Positions 1 to 14,126 are shown, counted from the stretch's first letter. The stretch: 64,000 bases of DNA from Octopus vulgaris (GCA_951406725.2 OX597835.1:39928001-39992000); one strand, 5' to 3'. A program made the numbers and translations. Notes: a model not told the origin generated them from the letters alone.

Positions 1-50
1 TGTACGAGGAATTTAGTAGACCAAAACTCTACCAAAATCTGTCGTATGTA

Positions 51-1344
51 CGAGGGGCGTTCAATAAGTAATGCCCCTGATCCAGTTGATGTTGTTCGAT
101 CTAGCTGAAATTTTGCATGTGCAATTACTTATATCACTATAGATTAAGTGGCAAATTACAGCTCTAAACTAATTGTGGTTTCTGATTTACAGGTGTTTGA
201 ACTGAGTCAAGTGTGAAATGGAGTCTCTTGAATGTCGAGCAGTGATCCGGTTTTTGTATTTGAAAGGACGCACACCACGGGAGACTTTTGATGAAATGAA
301 AGTAACTTATTGTGATAATGCCCCATCATATGACCTTGTAAAACGCTGGCATCGTGAATTCAAACATGGTCGGAACTCTGTGGAAACAGCTCCCAGATCT
401 GGTCGCCCCCTTCTGCCATTGATGAGGCATCTGTCCGTCAAGTTGAGGCTGCCATTTTGGAAGATCGACGCATAACTATTCGCCAAATAGCCCATGAGGT
501 CAAGATTAGTACCGGGTCTGTGGAAACTATCATTCATGACCATTTGCATATGCAAAAGGTGTCTGCCAGATGGATTCCCAGGTTGCTCACATCTTTCCAG
601 AAGCAAGAACGCGTCGATTGCTCGAGGATGAATTTGGAGATGTGCCAAGAAGATGAGTCAAAATTTTTCAAAAGACTGATTACACAGGATGAAACCTGGG
701 TCCATCACTATGATCCAGAGACCAAAGCCCAGTCAATGCAGTGGAAGCACCGTGACTCCCTTCCTCCAAAGAAGGCAAGGTCATGCTCACAGTCCGCTGG
801 CAAGGTCATGCTCACAGTCTTCTGGGACCAGGACGGAGTAGTGATGACAGATTTCCTGGCAAATGGTGCCACAATTACAGGAGCCTATTATGCTTCACTT
901 TTGAGGAAATTAAGAGAAGCTATCAAAATCAAGAGGCGGGGCAAGATCAGCAAAGGCATCCTCCTCCTGCAGGACAACGCTCTGGTCCACAACTCGCGTG
1001 TCGCCAGATCAGAAGCACAGGCGTGCGGCTATGAGCTCCTCCCCCATCTCCCTACTCTTCTGACCTTGCACCTTCTGATTTTCACCTCTTCCCAGCCATG
1101 AAGTTGTTTTTGAAAGGAAAGCGTTTCCCAGATGATGCAGCCTTGATTTCTGAAGTCACGTCGTGGCTGGAGGACCAAGCTGGTGTCTTCTACAGAAACG
1201 GTCTTCAGAGCTGCATCAAACGATGGGAGAAATGCGTAACTCTGGGTGGTTCCTATGTAGAAAAAGACTAATAACTGTGCCAAGTTTCGTTGCTCTACTT
1301 CTATGGGAAGTGGGTCAGGGGCATTACTTATTGAACGCCCCTCG
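51..1344 (+). mobile_element. Full-length mariner (Tc1/mariner, DD34D) DNA transposon, ~1.29 kb
   Basis: Perfect 30-bp TIRs CGAGGGGCGTTCAATAAGTAATGCCCCTGA at 51-80 and 1315-1344; TA on both sides (49-50, 1345-1346); transposase inside. Confidence 0.97.
218..1271 (+). pseudogene. Mariner transposase with two frameshifts (~410 and ~1050)
   Basis: N-terminal HTH ending PRSGRP; WIPRLL (WVPHEL-like); ITQDETW (D1); LLQDNA (D2); after the frameshift YSSDLAPSDFHLF (D3) and a C-terminus RWEKCVTLGGSYVEKD* ending at 1271. Confidence 0.95.
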
Positions 1345-1373
1345 TAAAACAAATAACCTTTATTATTTATTTA

Positions 1374-1599
1374 TTTATTACCCACAAGGGGCTAAACGTA
1401 GAAGGGACAAACAAGGACAGACAAATGAATTAAGTCGATTACATCGACCCCAGTGCGTAACTGGTACTTAATTTATCGACCCCGAAAGGATGAAAGGCAA
1501 AGTCGATCTCGGCGGAATTTGAACTCAGAACGTAACGACAGACGAAATACGGCTACGCATTTCGCCCGGCGTGCTAACGTTTCTGCCAGCTCGCCGCCT
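1374..1599 (-). mobile_element. tRNA-derived SINE family A (~230 bp)
   Basis: Minus strand GGCGGCGAGCTGGCAGAAACG (A-box-like) ... GAGTTCAAATTCC (B box) ... CCTTTCATCCTTTCGGGGTCGATAAATTAAGTACCAG ... GCCCCTTGTGGGTAATAAA; more than 15 full or partial copies in the window. Confidence 0.9.
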
Positions 1600-2299
1600 T
1601 ATAACCGTTATTATGTTTCACGTATTTTTAATGTGCATTTCGTATTGTAGAAGTTCCCAAACTTATTTCAATGCGGAAACCTTATCGGTTTTTCAAAACC
1701 ATCAGCACTCATATCAACATTCTATGGACAATTCCTCCACCCTAATTATAAATGAAATAAAAATCGTCTTAGAAAATTAGTAACTTATATATTCTGAAAG
1801 GTAAATACTATTTTTTGAAGACATTGTTTAGCGGGACCTCAGATGTGTTTTTTTTTTTTTCGTTTTTCACGGCACCCTGTCGTTCATCAGAACAAACGAT
1901 GACAAACACTGTTCCGGTTTAAGACAATGGTATTTGATTTGAGTGAAATTTGGCAGCTATTTCTAGCATATTGCGTAACTGTATAGAAACTCTTAAGTTT
2001 AGCTCGTGGAACAAGTTATCATTCAACCCAATGCACACGTTCTCCAGTCCCGACGTTTTTGCTGTGTTTTATGCTAATTATCGCTTACATGTAATGGACA
2101 ACGTGTAAATGGTTTAATATTTCGAAGGAAATTAACTGATTTTTTTAGTAGATCGAGTTACTGTTTCGTTTATGTTGTTTTGTTTTCATTTTTAATCGTT
2201 TTTTTATAGCTTTTATCGTTGCTTTTTTACATATAATGGCCATTTAATTCTTTTTATAATTATTTTTGTTACCGAATAATAAAGCACATATATACGCAT

Positions 2300-2370
2300 A
2301 TTCATATACACACACACACACACATGTATATATATATATATATATATACATACACACACACACTCGCACG

Positions 2371-2404
<34 letters not shown>

Positions 2405-2502
2405 AATATATATATATACACACACATACACACACATGATTATATAAATGTATTAATATAGAACTCTTTATTCTATGCTATCACCTGTTGATAAATTTTA
2501 AA

Positions 2503-2539
<37 letters not shown>

Positions 2540-2695
2540 CATACACACATGTATGTGTGTGTGTATACATGTATATATATGTGTATATGCGCGTGTGTGT
2601 ATGTATATGTGTGTGTATATATATATATAAGTATAAATATATATATATGTATATACATAAATGCGTACAAACACACGTACATACGCGCGCACACA

Positions 2696-2740
<45 letters not shown>
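2300..2740. repeat. Compound (CA)n/(TA)n/(TG)n microsatellite
   Basis: Direct reading. Confidence 0.95.
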
Positions 2741-2742
<2 letters not shown>

Positions 2743-3346
2743 GCATGAATACACAAGACAAAAATGGCAGTATTTAAACACCAAACAACGAACGACTCCA
2801 ATGAAACATTAAAATACAACATTTTTATGGCAATGAAAAAAAAAAGTCTTAAAATGGCTGCATTTTAAAAGAGGTCATTTGAAAGATTATAATTATTGTG
2901 TAGTTTGTGTACAGAATCAAATAGTTACACCATTATAGAGTAATATGTCTCGATAATCTACCAACAAAGAACATACTACACCGTACACCTATATCGCTGT
3001 TCGTCTGCCTGTCTGTTTGTCTGGGTGGCTGGCTGGTTTTTGGGCTGGTTTGTTGGTTGGTTGCTTAGTCTATTGGCAACAGTCGCGGATTTTGTGGCGG
3101 GAATTATGGGAAGGGTTCTTTCTTTTATTCTTTTACTTGTTTCAGTCGTGTTTCACTGCAGCCATGCTGGAGCACCACCTTGGAGGATTTTAGTCGAAGA
3201 AATCGACTCCAGGACTTTTTTTAAGCCTAGTACTTATTCTATCGGGATCTTTTGCCGAACTGCTAAGTTACGGAGACGTCAACTCACCAACAACGGTTGT
3301 CAAGCGGTGATGGGGGGCGGGCAACAAACACAAAGACACACACACA

Positions 3347-3690
3347 GTTGTCGTGGTGGTAGTGACAGTGGTGGTGGTAGTACTGACAGTGGTGGTGGTG
3401 GTAGTGACAGTGGTGGTGGTGGTGGTGGTAGTGACAGTGGTGGTGGTGGTGGTGATGCTAGTGGTGGTGTTGGTGGTGGTGGTGGTGGTGGTGGTGGTTG
3501 TGGTGGAGGTGGTGGCGTTGGTGCTGGTGGTGCTGGTTTTGGTGGTGTTGGTGGTGGTGGTTGTGATAATGATGGTAGCGATGGTAGTGGTCGTGGTAGT
3601 GGTGGCGCTGGTGCTGGTGGTGGAAGTGATAGTTCTGGTGGAAGTGAGGGTGATAATGGTGGTGGTCTTGGTTGGTGCTGGTGGCTGTAA
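3347..3690. repeat. (GGT)n-rich trinucleotide low-complexity tract
   Basis: Direct reading; source of the Gly/Val/Pro-rich ORFs. Confidence 0.9.
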
Positions 3691-3811
3691 GAGTGGTAGT
3701 GTTTCTCATGCTGCTGTTGTTGTTTAGCCCTGAACCAGCAGTGACCACAGAGACCTATGATCAAAGGCTCTCTCATGGTGACAATCATGTTTTTCACTAT
3801 ATCTAGAAAAT

Positions 3812-4182
3812 ACCTATTTCTTTATTACCCACAAGGGGCTAAACATAGAGGGGACAAACAAGGACAGACATAGGTATTAAGTCGATTACATCAACCCTGT
3901 GCGGAACTGGTAATATATTTATCGACCCCAGTGCGGAACTGGTACTTAATTTATCGACCCCGAAAGGATGAAAGGAAAAGTCAACCTCGGCGGAATTTGA
4001 ACTCACAACGTAACGACAGACGAAATACCGCTAAGCATTTCATCCGGCGTGCTAACGTTTCTGCCAGCTCACCGCCTGTTTCTTTATTACCCACAAGGGG
4101 CTAAACACAGAGGGGACAAACAAGGACAGACAAACGGATTAAGTCGATTACATCGACCCCACTGCGTAACTGGTACTTATTT
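3812..4182 (-). mobile_element. SINE family A copy plus an adjacent partial copy
   Basis: Same sequence as 1374-1599, with a short internal duplication. Confidence 0.85.
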
Positions 4183-4184
4183 GA

Positions 4185-5022
4185 TAGGCAAAACCATGAC
4201 TAATCTGCAGAGAACGAGCTACCTCATCGATGATAACTCACCATTACCATCTCTCGAGTTTGCTAAATCTCGTCAGTAGTGGAGGTTGAGGGGTGTCCTG
4301 CTCCCCCTTCGTGCATCACGCTTGCCCGGTCACTTTTAAACTTCTCGATCCACACATGCACACTTCTACGCGGTGGTGCACTGTGTCCGTATTGTGCCAA
4401 AAGCTTCCGATGAATTTTCAGCACCTGACACACCAACCGACCAAAGAAATTGGATCACTGCTCTTTGTTCTTCTTTGGTGCACATTGTTTGTGCAGCGGC
4501 CATACTCTTTTACTCTTTTATACTTATTTCAGTCATTTGACTGTGGCCATGCTGGAGCACCGCCTTTAATCGAGCAACTCGACCCCGGGACTTATTCTTT
4601 TGTAAGCCCAGTACTTATTCTATCGGTCTCTTTTGCCGAACTGCTAAGTAACGGGGACATAAACACACCAGCATCGGTTGTCAAGCAATGCTAGGGGGAC
4701 AAACACAGACACACAAACACACACATATATATATACATATATAACGACGGGCTTCTTTTTTCAGTTTCCGTCTACCAAATCCACTCACAAGGCTTTGGTC
4801 GGCCCAAGGTGCCACACATTGGGACTGAACCCGGAACCATGTGGTTGGTAAACAAGCTACTTACCACACAGCCACGCCAGATAGGAAAAATGACGCGATC
4901 AGGCTCAAATTTCGCTCACGTGACCTCAACAGTACCAACTGTAAGCACACATGCGCAGGAGGCAGTGTGACCATAATAAAGATGTTATGTCGAAATTGTA
5001 GATAATTTTTACTTCCGCCTCG
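4185..5022 (-). mobile_element. 5' part of a second mariner element, split by a SINE B insertion (4504-4878)
   Basis: TIR-like end TA-CGAGGCGGAAGTAAAAATTATC at 5024-5001. The minus strand from ATG at 4503 reads MAAAQTMCTKEEQRAVIQFLWSVGVSGAE..HRKLLAQYG..WIEKFK..GHPSTSTTDE, a mariner N-terminal HTH. Confidence 0.85.
4504..4878 (-). mobile_element. Composite tRNA-derived SINE family B
   Basis: Same family as 57813-58247. Confidence 0.88.
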
Positions 5023-5074
5023 TATACGCATGTATTTATATATGGATATATATACATGTATAACATATATATAC

Positions 5075-5227
5075 TTGGTTGTGTGGTAAGAAACTTGCTT
5101 CCCAACCACATGGTCCTGGGTTCAGTCTCACTGCGTGGCACCTTGGACAAGTGTCTTCTACTTTAGTCTCTGGCCGATCAAACTCCTGTAAGAGGATTTC
5201 GTAGGCGGAAACTGAAAGAAGCCCGTC

Positions 5228-5283
<56 letters not shown>

Positions 5284-5468
5284 TACTACTTGACAACTTA
5301 TGTTGGTGTGTTTACGCCTCCGTAACTTAGCGGTTCGGCAAAAAGAGAGCCGATAAAATAAGTACTAAGCTTACAAAGAATAAGTCCTGGTGTCGATTTG
5401 TTCGACAAAAGGCGGTGCTTCGGCATGGGCGCAATCAAATGACTGAAACAAGTAAAAGAATAAAAGAA
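5075..5468 (+). mobile_element. SINE family B
   Basis: Head GTGTGGTAAG..GGGTTCAGTC, internal (TA)n, tail CAAATGACTGAAACAAGTAAAAGA. Confidence 0.85.
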
Positions 5469-5569
5469 TTCAAAAAATCAAAAAATCTCTTGCTCTCCTT
5501 CTCTCTCTTCCTCTCCCTCTCACTGTCTCTCGCCCACCTTCACTGTCTGTCTCTTCTCTGTCTTTCTAT

Positions 5570-6741
<1,172 letters not shown>

Positions 6742-7330
6742 GCTTATACATATGTATATGCATGTACATATGCACACGCAAACAGGTACAGAGGAAGAGA
6801 ACGAGAGAGAGAGAAAAAGGGACCAAGAGAGAAATATACAGAGTGACAACGGAGAAATGGAAGGAAATTAGAGAGGGGGTCGGAGGAGAGAGGGGAAGCG
6901 AGAGTTGGATTGAAAATAAGAGACAAACAACAAAGGAAAGAGAGAAGGAAAGATTCAAAGCGTTTCTGCTGGTGTAGTAAGACATCTCTAGCAGAGATAA
7001 TAAAAGAGACGAAGGCATGAAGACGACCTCACCCAACGCCTTCGCACCCAAACACTTTTGATGTCTGGACTGAGGAGTGAAACCTTAAATATCACGTAAT
7101 AAACAAGATAGAGATTGCTGGTATGTATGATGTCGGTGGGGGTGATGGGCGGAAGCGGCGCGCTGTTTAATCTGTGCATATACTAAATACACACGAACAA
7201 AACACTAACACACACACACATACACATACAAACACACTGGCACATACATACTGCTCTAGAAATACAGTTTTATTCACATATATGTACAAAAATATACATA
7301 TACATACAAACATATATATACATACGTATA

Positions 7331-7363
<33 letters not shown>

Positions 7364-7514
7364 TTAGGGAGAGAGAGAAAGAGAGAGTAGTGTGTATGTG
7401 CGTGTGTCCGTGTATATATGTTTATAAGTAAGCGTAAATCAAAGTATGTTAAATCTCTGTCTCTTCACTATTTATCTCCATGTGTGTGTGTGCGTGTATA
7501 TATATATATAGATG

Positions 7515-7556
<42 letters not shown>

Positions 7557-7690
7557 TATAATAGTTATGCCATATAATATGGCATTCTTATAAAAATAAG
7601 AAAAAAGCTGTCCGCTTATTAGCTCCATGAGGCCATCGCCTTAAGTTAGCTGTTCTCTTTAGAGAGACTTAGTTATTTTAATATTTCTAT

Positions 7691-7826
<136 letters not shown>

Positions 7827-7865
7827 ATGTATGTATGTATGTATGTATGTATGTGTGTGTGCCTG

Positions 7866-7896
<31 letters not shown>

Positions 7897-8453
7897 TGCC
7901 CCCTCGTTATTGAGTATGGCCATTGCACGAAGCTCAACTGTTATTGGTGCTGTGATCGAATGTGACTTTTATTTGCTTTTTAAGGCTACAGCCAGTCATT
8001 CAGTTGAGACTCACAGCACTATCAACAATCATGAACAATGTTGTTATCGCGCAATGCCTGTGCAGGAAGATTTTATTTTTTAAAGTGAGGAAAGGCTGTG
8101 CACTGAGTCAATCCCTCACACTAAGCAACAGCAGCCATAATCCAAAAAGAACAAGTCAACATCATTGGTAACCACTGAGCCGCAGGTTTTATGTTGAAGT
8201 TATCCCAGTTACCTGAGTTACCATCCCCTAGAAGGATGCCCTAACAAAGGCTAGGAGTCCTTCACTCCCAATGGTTTAACCGCGTATCGGGTATTCAGTC
8301 CAATTATTTCTATGTCCCCGCGCATGATACAGCCTTAAGCCTTAAGAAAAAAAAATTACACATTTATTGGATGGCCGTTGACTCTCAAGAGTTCCTCCGC
8401 CCTATACATACACACATACATACATACATATATAATATGCAGATATACAGCGT

Positions 8454-8507
<54 letters not shown>

Positions 8508-8565
8508 CTTTATTTAAAGCAGCAGAAAATTCAACAAAACCTGTTACTCTGAGTTTCTCGTCTTA

Positions 8566-9055
8566 GATTTTGTTGACTACACAGTACAGTAGGCTCAGTT
8601 GGGCACCGTCTATGAGAAAACCAGCAGCATGACGCAATCCACTCTGCCAGAAATTTGGAAACGACATGCTGTACTGCTTGGCCTATGTACCGGAAGCTCC
8701 AATACAAACATTTCGGAGTGTTTAGATGTCAATGTGAGGGCAGTGCAATCTGGGGACATTTCGTGATAAAACACAAACATCCAGTCAACATCATGGTATT
8801 TGAAGTGATCACTAGTGCTGGCGACGTTATGCCTCAATACACTCTCCCACATGGCCTCAGACTCAACATGGAAGTCTACATCAAATACTTGGAGGAGGTA
8901 ATACTGCCCTGGGTCAAGATGGCGGCTGCTAGAAGAACCTATGTCTGGCAACAGGACTCTGCACCATGTCACACAAGCAGGAGGACCCAATTATGGCTGT
9001 CATACAATCTTTTTGCGACTGCATCACTCCTAACATCTAGCCACCTTACTCCCCC
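8566..9055 (+). pseudogene. Internally deleted fragment of the DD37D (maT) transposase family
   Basis: KHPVNIMVF..GDVMP..YVWQQDSAPCHTSRRTQ; nucleotide-homologous to the reverse complement of 30576-31843, including the 5' leader GATTTTGTTGACTACAC..GTTGGGCACCGTCT. Confidence 0.88.
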
Positions 9056-9129
9056 CACCATTGCTTGACAACCGACGTTGGTGTGTTTACGTCAAATGAC
9101 TGAAACAGGTAAAAGAGTAAAAGACTAAA

Positions 9130-9400
9130 GTGCGGGCAATGATGTTTATGGAAGACCAGCAGTCGCCCATGCTTACCAGCCTCCCCATCTCCACGCCACC
9201 GATGTTATCCATGGGAAAAGACAAAGGCTGATAAAGCTTGGCACCAGTGACGTCACAACTCATTTCTACAGCTGAGTGAACTGGAGCAATGTGAAAATAA
9301 AGTGTCTTGCTCAAGAACACAAAACACAGCCCGGGAATCGAACTCACTATCTCATGATTTTAAACCTGACACCCTAACCACTGAGCTATGCGCCTTCACT
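9130..9400 (-). mobile_element. tRNA-derived SINE family E (related to family C)
   Basis: B box GAGTTCGATTCCC on the minus strand and TGTGTTCTTGAGCAAGACACTT core; second copy at 22330-22655. Confidence 0.75.
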
Positions 9401-9689
9401 TCCCATATGAAACTGGCTTTAATTGCCATTTGGTAATTATAATACATCCTCTAGGGGCAGATATCAATTTAATAAATCAAGAATTTATGTTGTATGGTAT
9501 TTGATATACCTTCATTTGCTGATGCTGTTCAAATACATGCCATTGGCTATTTTAAGCTGTTTCTCTTTGTTCTTTTTAGGCGTGGATGAGGAATGGCTAG
9601 ATGGCTTGATAATTAGCTGGCATCGTAGACGGATGGATGGTCGGGTGGCTGTTGCTTTGTCCAATTCTGTGGAGGAGTGTGTGTGTGTG

Positions 9690-9852
9690 TTAAGTAGCTT
9701 GCTTACCAACCACATGGTTCTGAGTTCATTCCCACTTCGTAACGCCTTGGGCATGTGTCTTCTACTATAACCTCGGGCCGACCAAAGCCTTGTGAGTGGA
9801 TTTGGTAGACGGAAACTGAAAATAAGCCCGTCGTATATATGTATATGTGTGT

Positions 9853-9900
<48 letters not shown>

Positions 9901-10103
9901 TTATGTGTCTGTGTTTGTCACCCCCAACATTGCTTGGCATCCGATGCTGGTGTGTTTACGTCCCCGTAACGTAGCGATTCGGCAAAAGAGCCCGATAGAA
10001 TAAGTATTAGGCTTACAAAGAATAAGTTCTGGGGTCGATTTGCTCGACTAAGGGCGGTGCTTCAGCATGGCCACAGTCAAATGACTGAAACCGGTAAAAG
10101 AGT
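9690..10103 (+). mobile_element. SINE family B
   Basis: Same as 57813-58247, 5' slightly truncated. Confidence 0.85.
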
Positions 10104-10539
10104 TGTATAATCTGGGCTTTTGTTTTTAGCCCCAAATCAACCCTTCTTAAACAGTCCTATGATCAAACACATTCCAGCCACGTGCATTCTATCCTTTTTG
10201 AGGAAGAGTAGGGTCTAGGACCACGAAACCTCAAAGTCCTTTTTAAAAAGACAACAAAATACGGTTTGAGGGAGATTTCACTGCAATTTCTTGCAGACCG
10301 TGCGATCACGTAGAGGCATTTTCCGAAGCTCTTGTTGTTTAGAGGGTTATCAACAAGGTGTCTGTCGCGTGTGCGTGTGGATGCGTGTATGTATTTGTGT
10401 ATGTGCGTATGTATATGTTTATGTGTGTTTGTGTGTCCGTGTATCTGTGTGTTTATATGTGTGTGTTTGTGTGTGTATGTATGTGTCTGTGCTTATGCGT
10501 GTTTGTGTGTGCGCGTATGTATGTGTTTGTGCTTGTGTA

Positions 10540-10945
10540 GGATCTTTTCGGTTTGAACGGCAGTTTTTTTCTAGTGGTGTCATATGAAATTGTCACCCAT
10601 AATTATGACCCTTGTATCGATCTATTGCGTTTCAATCTGTTTTAGGGTTAGGGTTAGGGTCAGGGATGGGGGGCAGGGTATCTTTTTTTATTCACAAATG
10701 TAAATAAACCCAATCTGTTTCTTAAACGAGGGACATATTCATACGGCACAATGTTTTTTACCTCAATAGACGTCAGTGATTGGTTGAAATTGCAGAAAAA
10801 AAAACCCAAATATCTTACAAACTATAGAATTTTCTCAATAACGCCAAGAGAAAAAGATGTTTTATAAACACATTCTACCAGTATACGAAGTTTTTTAGTT
10901 ACCTAGAAATTATGTTAAAAACTGCCGTTCAAACCGAAAAGATCC
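10540..10945. mobile_element. Non-autonomous DNA transposon (MITE, ~405 bp) with internal (TTAGGG)3
   Basis: Perfect ~29-bp TIRs GGATCTTTTCGGTTTGAACGGCAGTTTTT at 10540-10568 and 10917-10945; no ORF. Confidence 0.88.
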
Positions 10946-11139
10946 TTTGTGCGTATGTGTGTGTGTGTTTGCGTGTGCGTATGTGCATATATAGTTGTAT
11001 TGTTGGGTGTGTTTGCGTGTGCAAATATACAGCTATTTCTCTGCCCTGTACACCTATGTGGGTGGACAGATGAGTGGGCGTGTGCGTATGTGTATGCGTT
11101 TGTCCTTGCACACACGTGTATATATGCATGTTGTGGTGA

Positions 11140-12330
11140 GACAGTGATGACGGTGGCGAAGGTGGAGAGGTCGGTAGTGACGATAATCTGTGGAGATGGA
11201 GACGGCGGAAGTGGTTCTGGAGAAGATATTTCTCGAGACAGTCCCTTGTTTAGTTCTGTCGTTCGTGGTGGCGACAGCGGTTGGTGGTAGTGGTGATGGT
11301 GGCGATGGTCATGTTGGTGTTGGTGGTGCCGGTAGTGGCGCCGATGGTGGTGGTGGTGGTGGTTTTGGCTGGAACTAGAGGTGATACACTTGGTGACAGC
11401 TGTTGAAGGTGGTGGTGGCGGTAAAGTGCGGTGGTGGAGGTGGTAGTGGCGGCGGCGGCAGCGGCGGTGGTAGTGGCGGCGGTAGAGTGCGGTGGTGGAG
11501 GTGGTGGTGGTGATGGTGGTGGTGGTGATGGTGGTGCTGGTAGTGATGGTGCTGGTGGCGGTAAAGTGAGTGCGATGGTGGTGGTTGTGATGGCGGTGAT
11601 GACGGTGACAGCTTGTGTTAAGGGCGGCGGGGTTGATTGTGGTTGGACTGGAGAGAGGGGTTGGAGCTGGTGTCGGTATAAGTGATGGCGACATATAGAT
11701 TGGAGGTGGTGGTGATGGTGGTGGTGGTGATGGTTGCGCTGTTGCTGCTGTTGCTGCTGCTGCTGCTGCTGACGGCGGGAGGAGGTGACATTTGGTGAAA
11801 GCGGTGGTGTTGGAGATGTGGGTGATAGCAGTGGTGGTGGTGGTGGTGGTGGTGATGGCGATGGTGACGGCGGTGGTGTGAGTGTGATATTTTCTGCTTT
11901 ATCGTCACCTTGACAAATCGGTTTCTTTGATCTTTCCATTACCTACCCAGGTAGTAGTCAGTACATTTGACTAGTCTCTGTAGGACGGCTCCACCCTGTC
12001 TCATTAATCTGCCGTGTAATTCACCTGGTGGCGGCGGCTTTGCTGGTGAGAATGGTGATGGCGGCGGCGGCGGTCGTAGTGGTGGTGATGGTGGTGGTGG
12101 TGAAGGTCCTGTAATGATGATTGTGATGGTGGTGAGGGTGGTTTGGGGGAGTGTTGATTATGTTGACGGCAGTGATGGGAGTAGGGCATGATTCTACTGG
12201 TGGTGGTGGTGGTGGTGGTGGTGGTGGTGGTGATGGAGATGGTAGTTTAGTGATACTGACGTCCTGTTATTATTGTTATTATTATTGTTGTTGTTTTTGT
12301 GGTGGTGGTGATGGTGGTAGTGTTAGTTGT
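11140..12330. repeat. (GGT/GGC/GCT)n trinucleotide mosaic
   Basis: Direct reading. Confidence 0.85.
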
Positions 12331-12570
12331 TGTAGTTATAATTTATTCAACCGCAGGTCAGTTCTGATAGGGCATACCTCACAATCAAAGGCATTCCAAG
12401 AGTAACCATCCTGTTGTTATTGTTATTATCGTTGTTCATTTTGTTGTTGTTGTTGTTGTTGCTGTCGACATTATATTGTAGAAACTGTATTATCTAACAC
12501 GAGAAGGGCAACGGATTGACAGTGTCGTTATATACCTTGAGGCCAACGTTCTGAGTTCAAATTACGCAGA

Positions 12571-12740
12571 GGCGTAGGAGTGGCTGTGTGGTAAGTAGCT
12601 TGCTTACCAACCACATGGTTCCGGGTTCAGTCCCACTGCGTGGCACTTTGGGCAAGTGTCTTCTACTATAGCCTCGGACTGACCAAAGCCTTGTGAGTGA
12701 ATTTGTAGACGGAAACTGAAAGAAGCCCATCGTATATATG

Positions 12741-12790
<50 letters not shown>

Positions 12791-13008
12791 TGTACGTGTG
12801 TGTATATGTTTGTGTCTGTGTTTGTTCCCCCAACATCGCTTGACAGCCGATACTGGTATGTTTACGCCCCCGTCACCTAGCGGTTCGGCAAAAGAGACCG
12901 ATAGAATAAGTACTAGGCTTACAAAGAATAAGTTCTCGGCTCGATTTGCTCGACTAAAGTTGGTGCTCCAGCATGGCCACAGTCAAATGACTGAAACAAG
13001 TAAGAGAG
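12571..13008 (+). mobile_element. SINE family B, full length
   Basis: GGCGTAGGAGTGGCTGTGTGGTAAG head through the TGACTGAAACAAGTAAGAG tail. Confidence 0.9.
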
Positions 13009-13109
13009 TATGTCAAACTTTGTCTTTCCTCCATCGAGGGTCGATACAATTGTAAATATGCAGCTTAGAGCTGTAAAAAAGAGAAGCGAAACTAATTGTG
13101 CTGGATATG

Positions 13110-13520
13110 ACGATAGGGACATCCTATAGGCATTGAAAGCTTTGAAAATATCATCAGGACAAGTAGTACAAAGGCAGTTGGGTGCTTGGTGCAGGAGAAA
13201 AGGGTCCAGGAAAAATGGTGCCTGATTGAGATCCTCGATCGTATATGTGAAACACTTTCGCCCATTATGATACAATGGATATTACCAGGAGCGTGTTCTA
13301 TATCCAATGTGTGGCCTTCCTATATTAAGTTTAGGTCACTTTTATATTTGCGAAGTTGTGAACCATTTTATTCAATTTGTTGCTCCAACGATAAGAGCCT
13401 CCATTCACAGACGATCGAAGGGCGATGGATGCTCGTCAAGAAGAAACTCGGGTGACAATGCAGAACAAGTGATGTTTTACTTACGGCATATTTATATGAG
13501 CATCTGTGGTAAAATAGCTC
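13110..13520 (+). pseudogene. Decayed Merlin (IS1016/IS1595 ISXO2-like) DDE transposase
   Basis: Across frameshifts: KYHQDK*YKGSWVLG / LIEILDRICETLSPIMIQWILPGACSISNVWPSY / VVNHFIQFVAP / HSQTIEGRWMLVKKKL / AYLYEHLW. These match the ordered Merlin motifs KYHRG, WVxG, DR..ETL.PII...ILPG..I.SD.W..Y, VNHS..FV.P, HTQ.IE..W, YL.E..W. Confidence 0.85.
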
Positions 13521-14079
13521 TGCACTGCGAGAACACCTTGTATGTTAAATGCTTTGTTTCCATGTTATATTGGTGTCAAATGTCGGCACAAGACCGGTTA
13601 TTTCAGGGAGAGGCCAGTCGATCACATCGACCCAAGTGCACAAATGGTACTCATTTTATCGACCCCGAAATGATGAAAGGTAGAGTCGACCTCAGCGAAA
13701 TTTGAACTCATAACGTAAAGACGGACTAAATGCCGCAAAGAATTTTGTGAACTAACGATTCTGCCAGCTCGCCCCCTTGTTTTCATGTTATATCAATATA
13801 ATGAAATTATAGGACTTTTACTGTCGTCACTTCTGGTTTCCATCACAATTTACTTTCACTTTCTAAGACACTAAACTGCATATTAACCAAATTAGTAAGG
13901 TGCCAGTCCAGTACTATGTTCGATAGTATCAACAAAGCCCTTCTCGACTAATCCTCTTCGTCGCTAATATCTAATTTTTACCCAGCTCGCCAGCTATTTG
14001 CGACAGCAGTGACTGATAAGTCACTGTTTTCTATATACGAGTAGAAGCTAGGTTGACAGGTAACAGTAATAGTGGATAT

Positions 14080-14126
14080 CTGCTGCTGATGAAGTGCAAA
14101 CATGCTGAAATCACGTGATATAGCAG
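14080..14126 (+). ncRNA. Type I hammerhead ribozyme with palindromic helix III
   Basis: CTGCTG-CTGATGA-AGTGCAAACATGCT-GAAA-TCACGTGA-TA-TAGCAG: 6-bp helix I, intact core, weak helix II, self-complementary ATCACGTGAT helix III, AUA cleavage triplet. Confidence 0.8.

Noticed and set aside
1860-1896. Minus-strand CTGATGA-ACG..CGT-GAAA hammerhead-like core
   Set aside because: No helix III or UH site follows (poly-A run), and helix I cannot close.
4250-4280. Minus-strand CTGACGAGA..CTCGAGA
   Set aside because: Lies within mariner coding sequence (TTDE) and has GAGA instead of GAAA.
10641-10664. TTAGGG repeats as a telomere or fusion scar
   Set aside because: Only about three units, located inside a TIR element.
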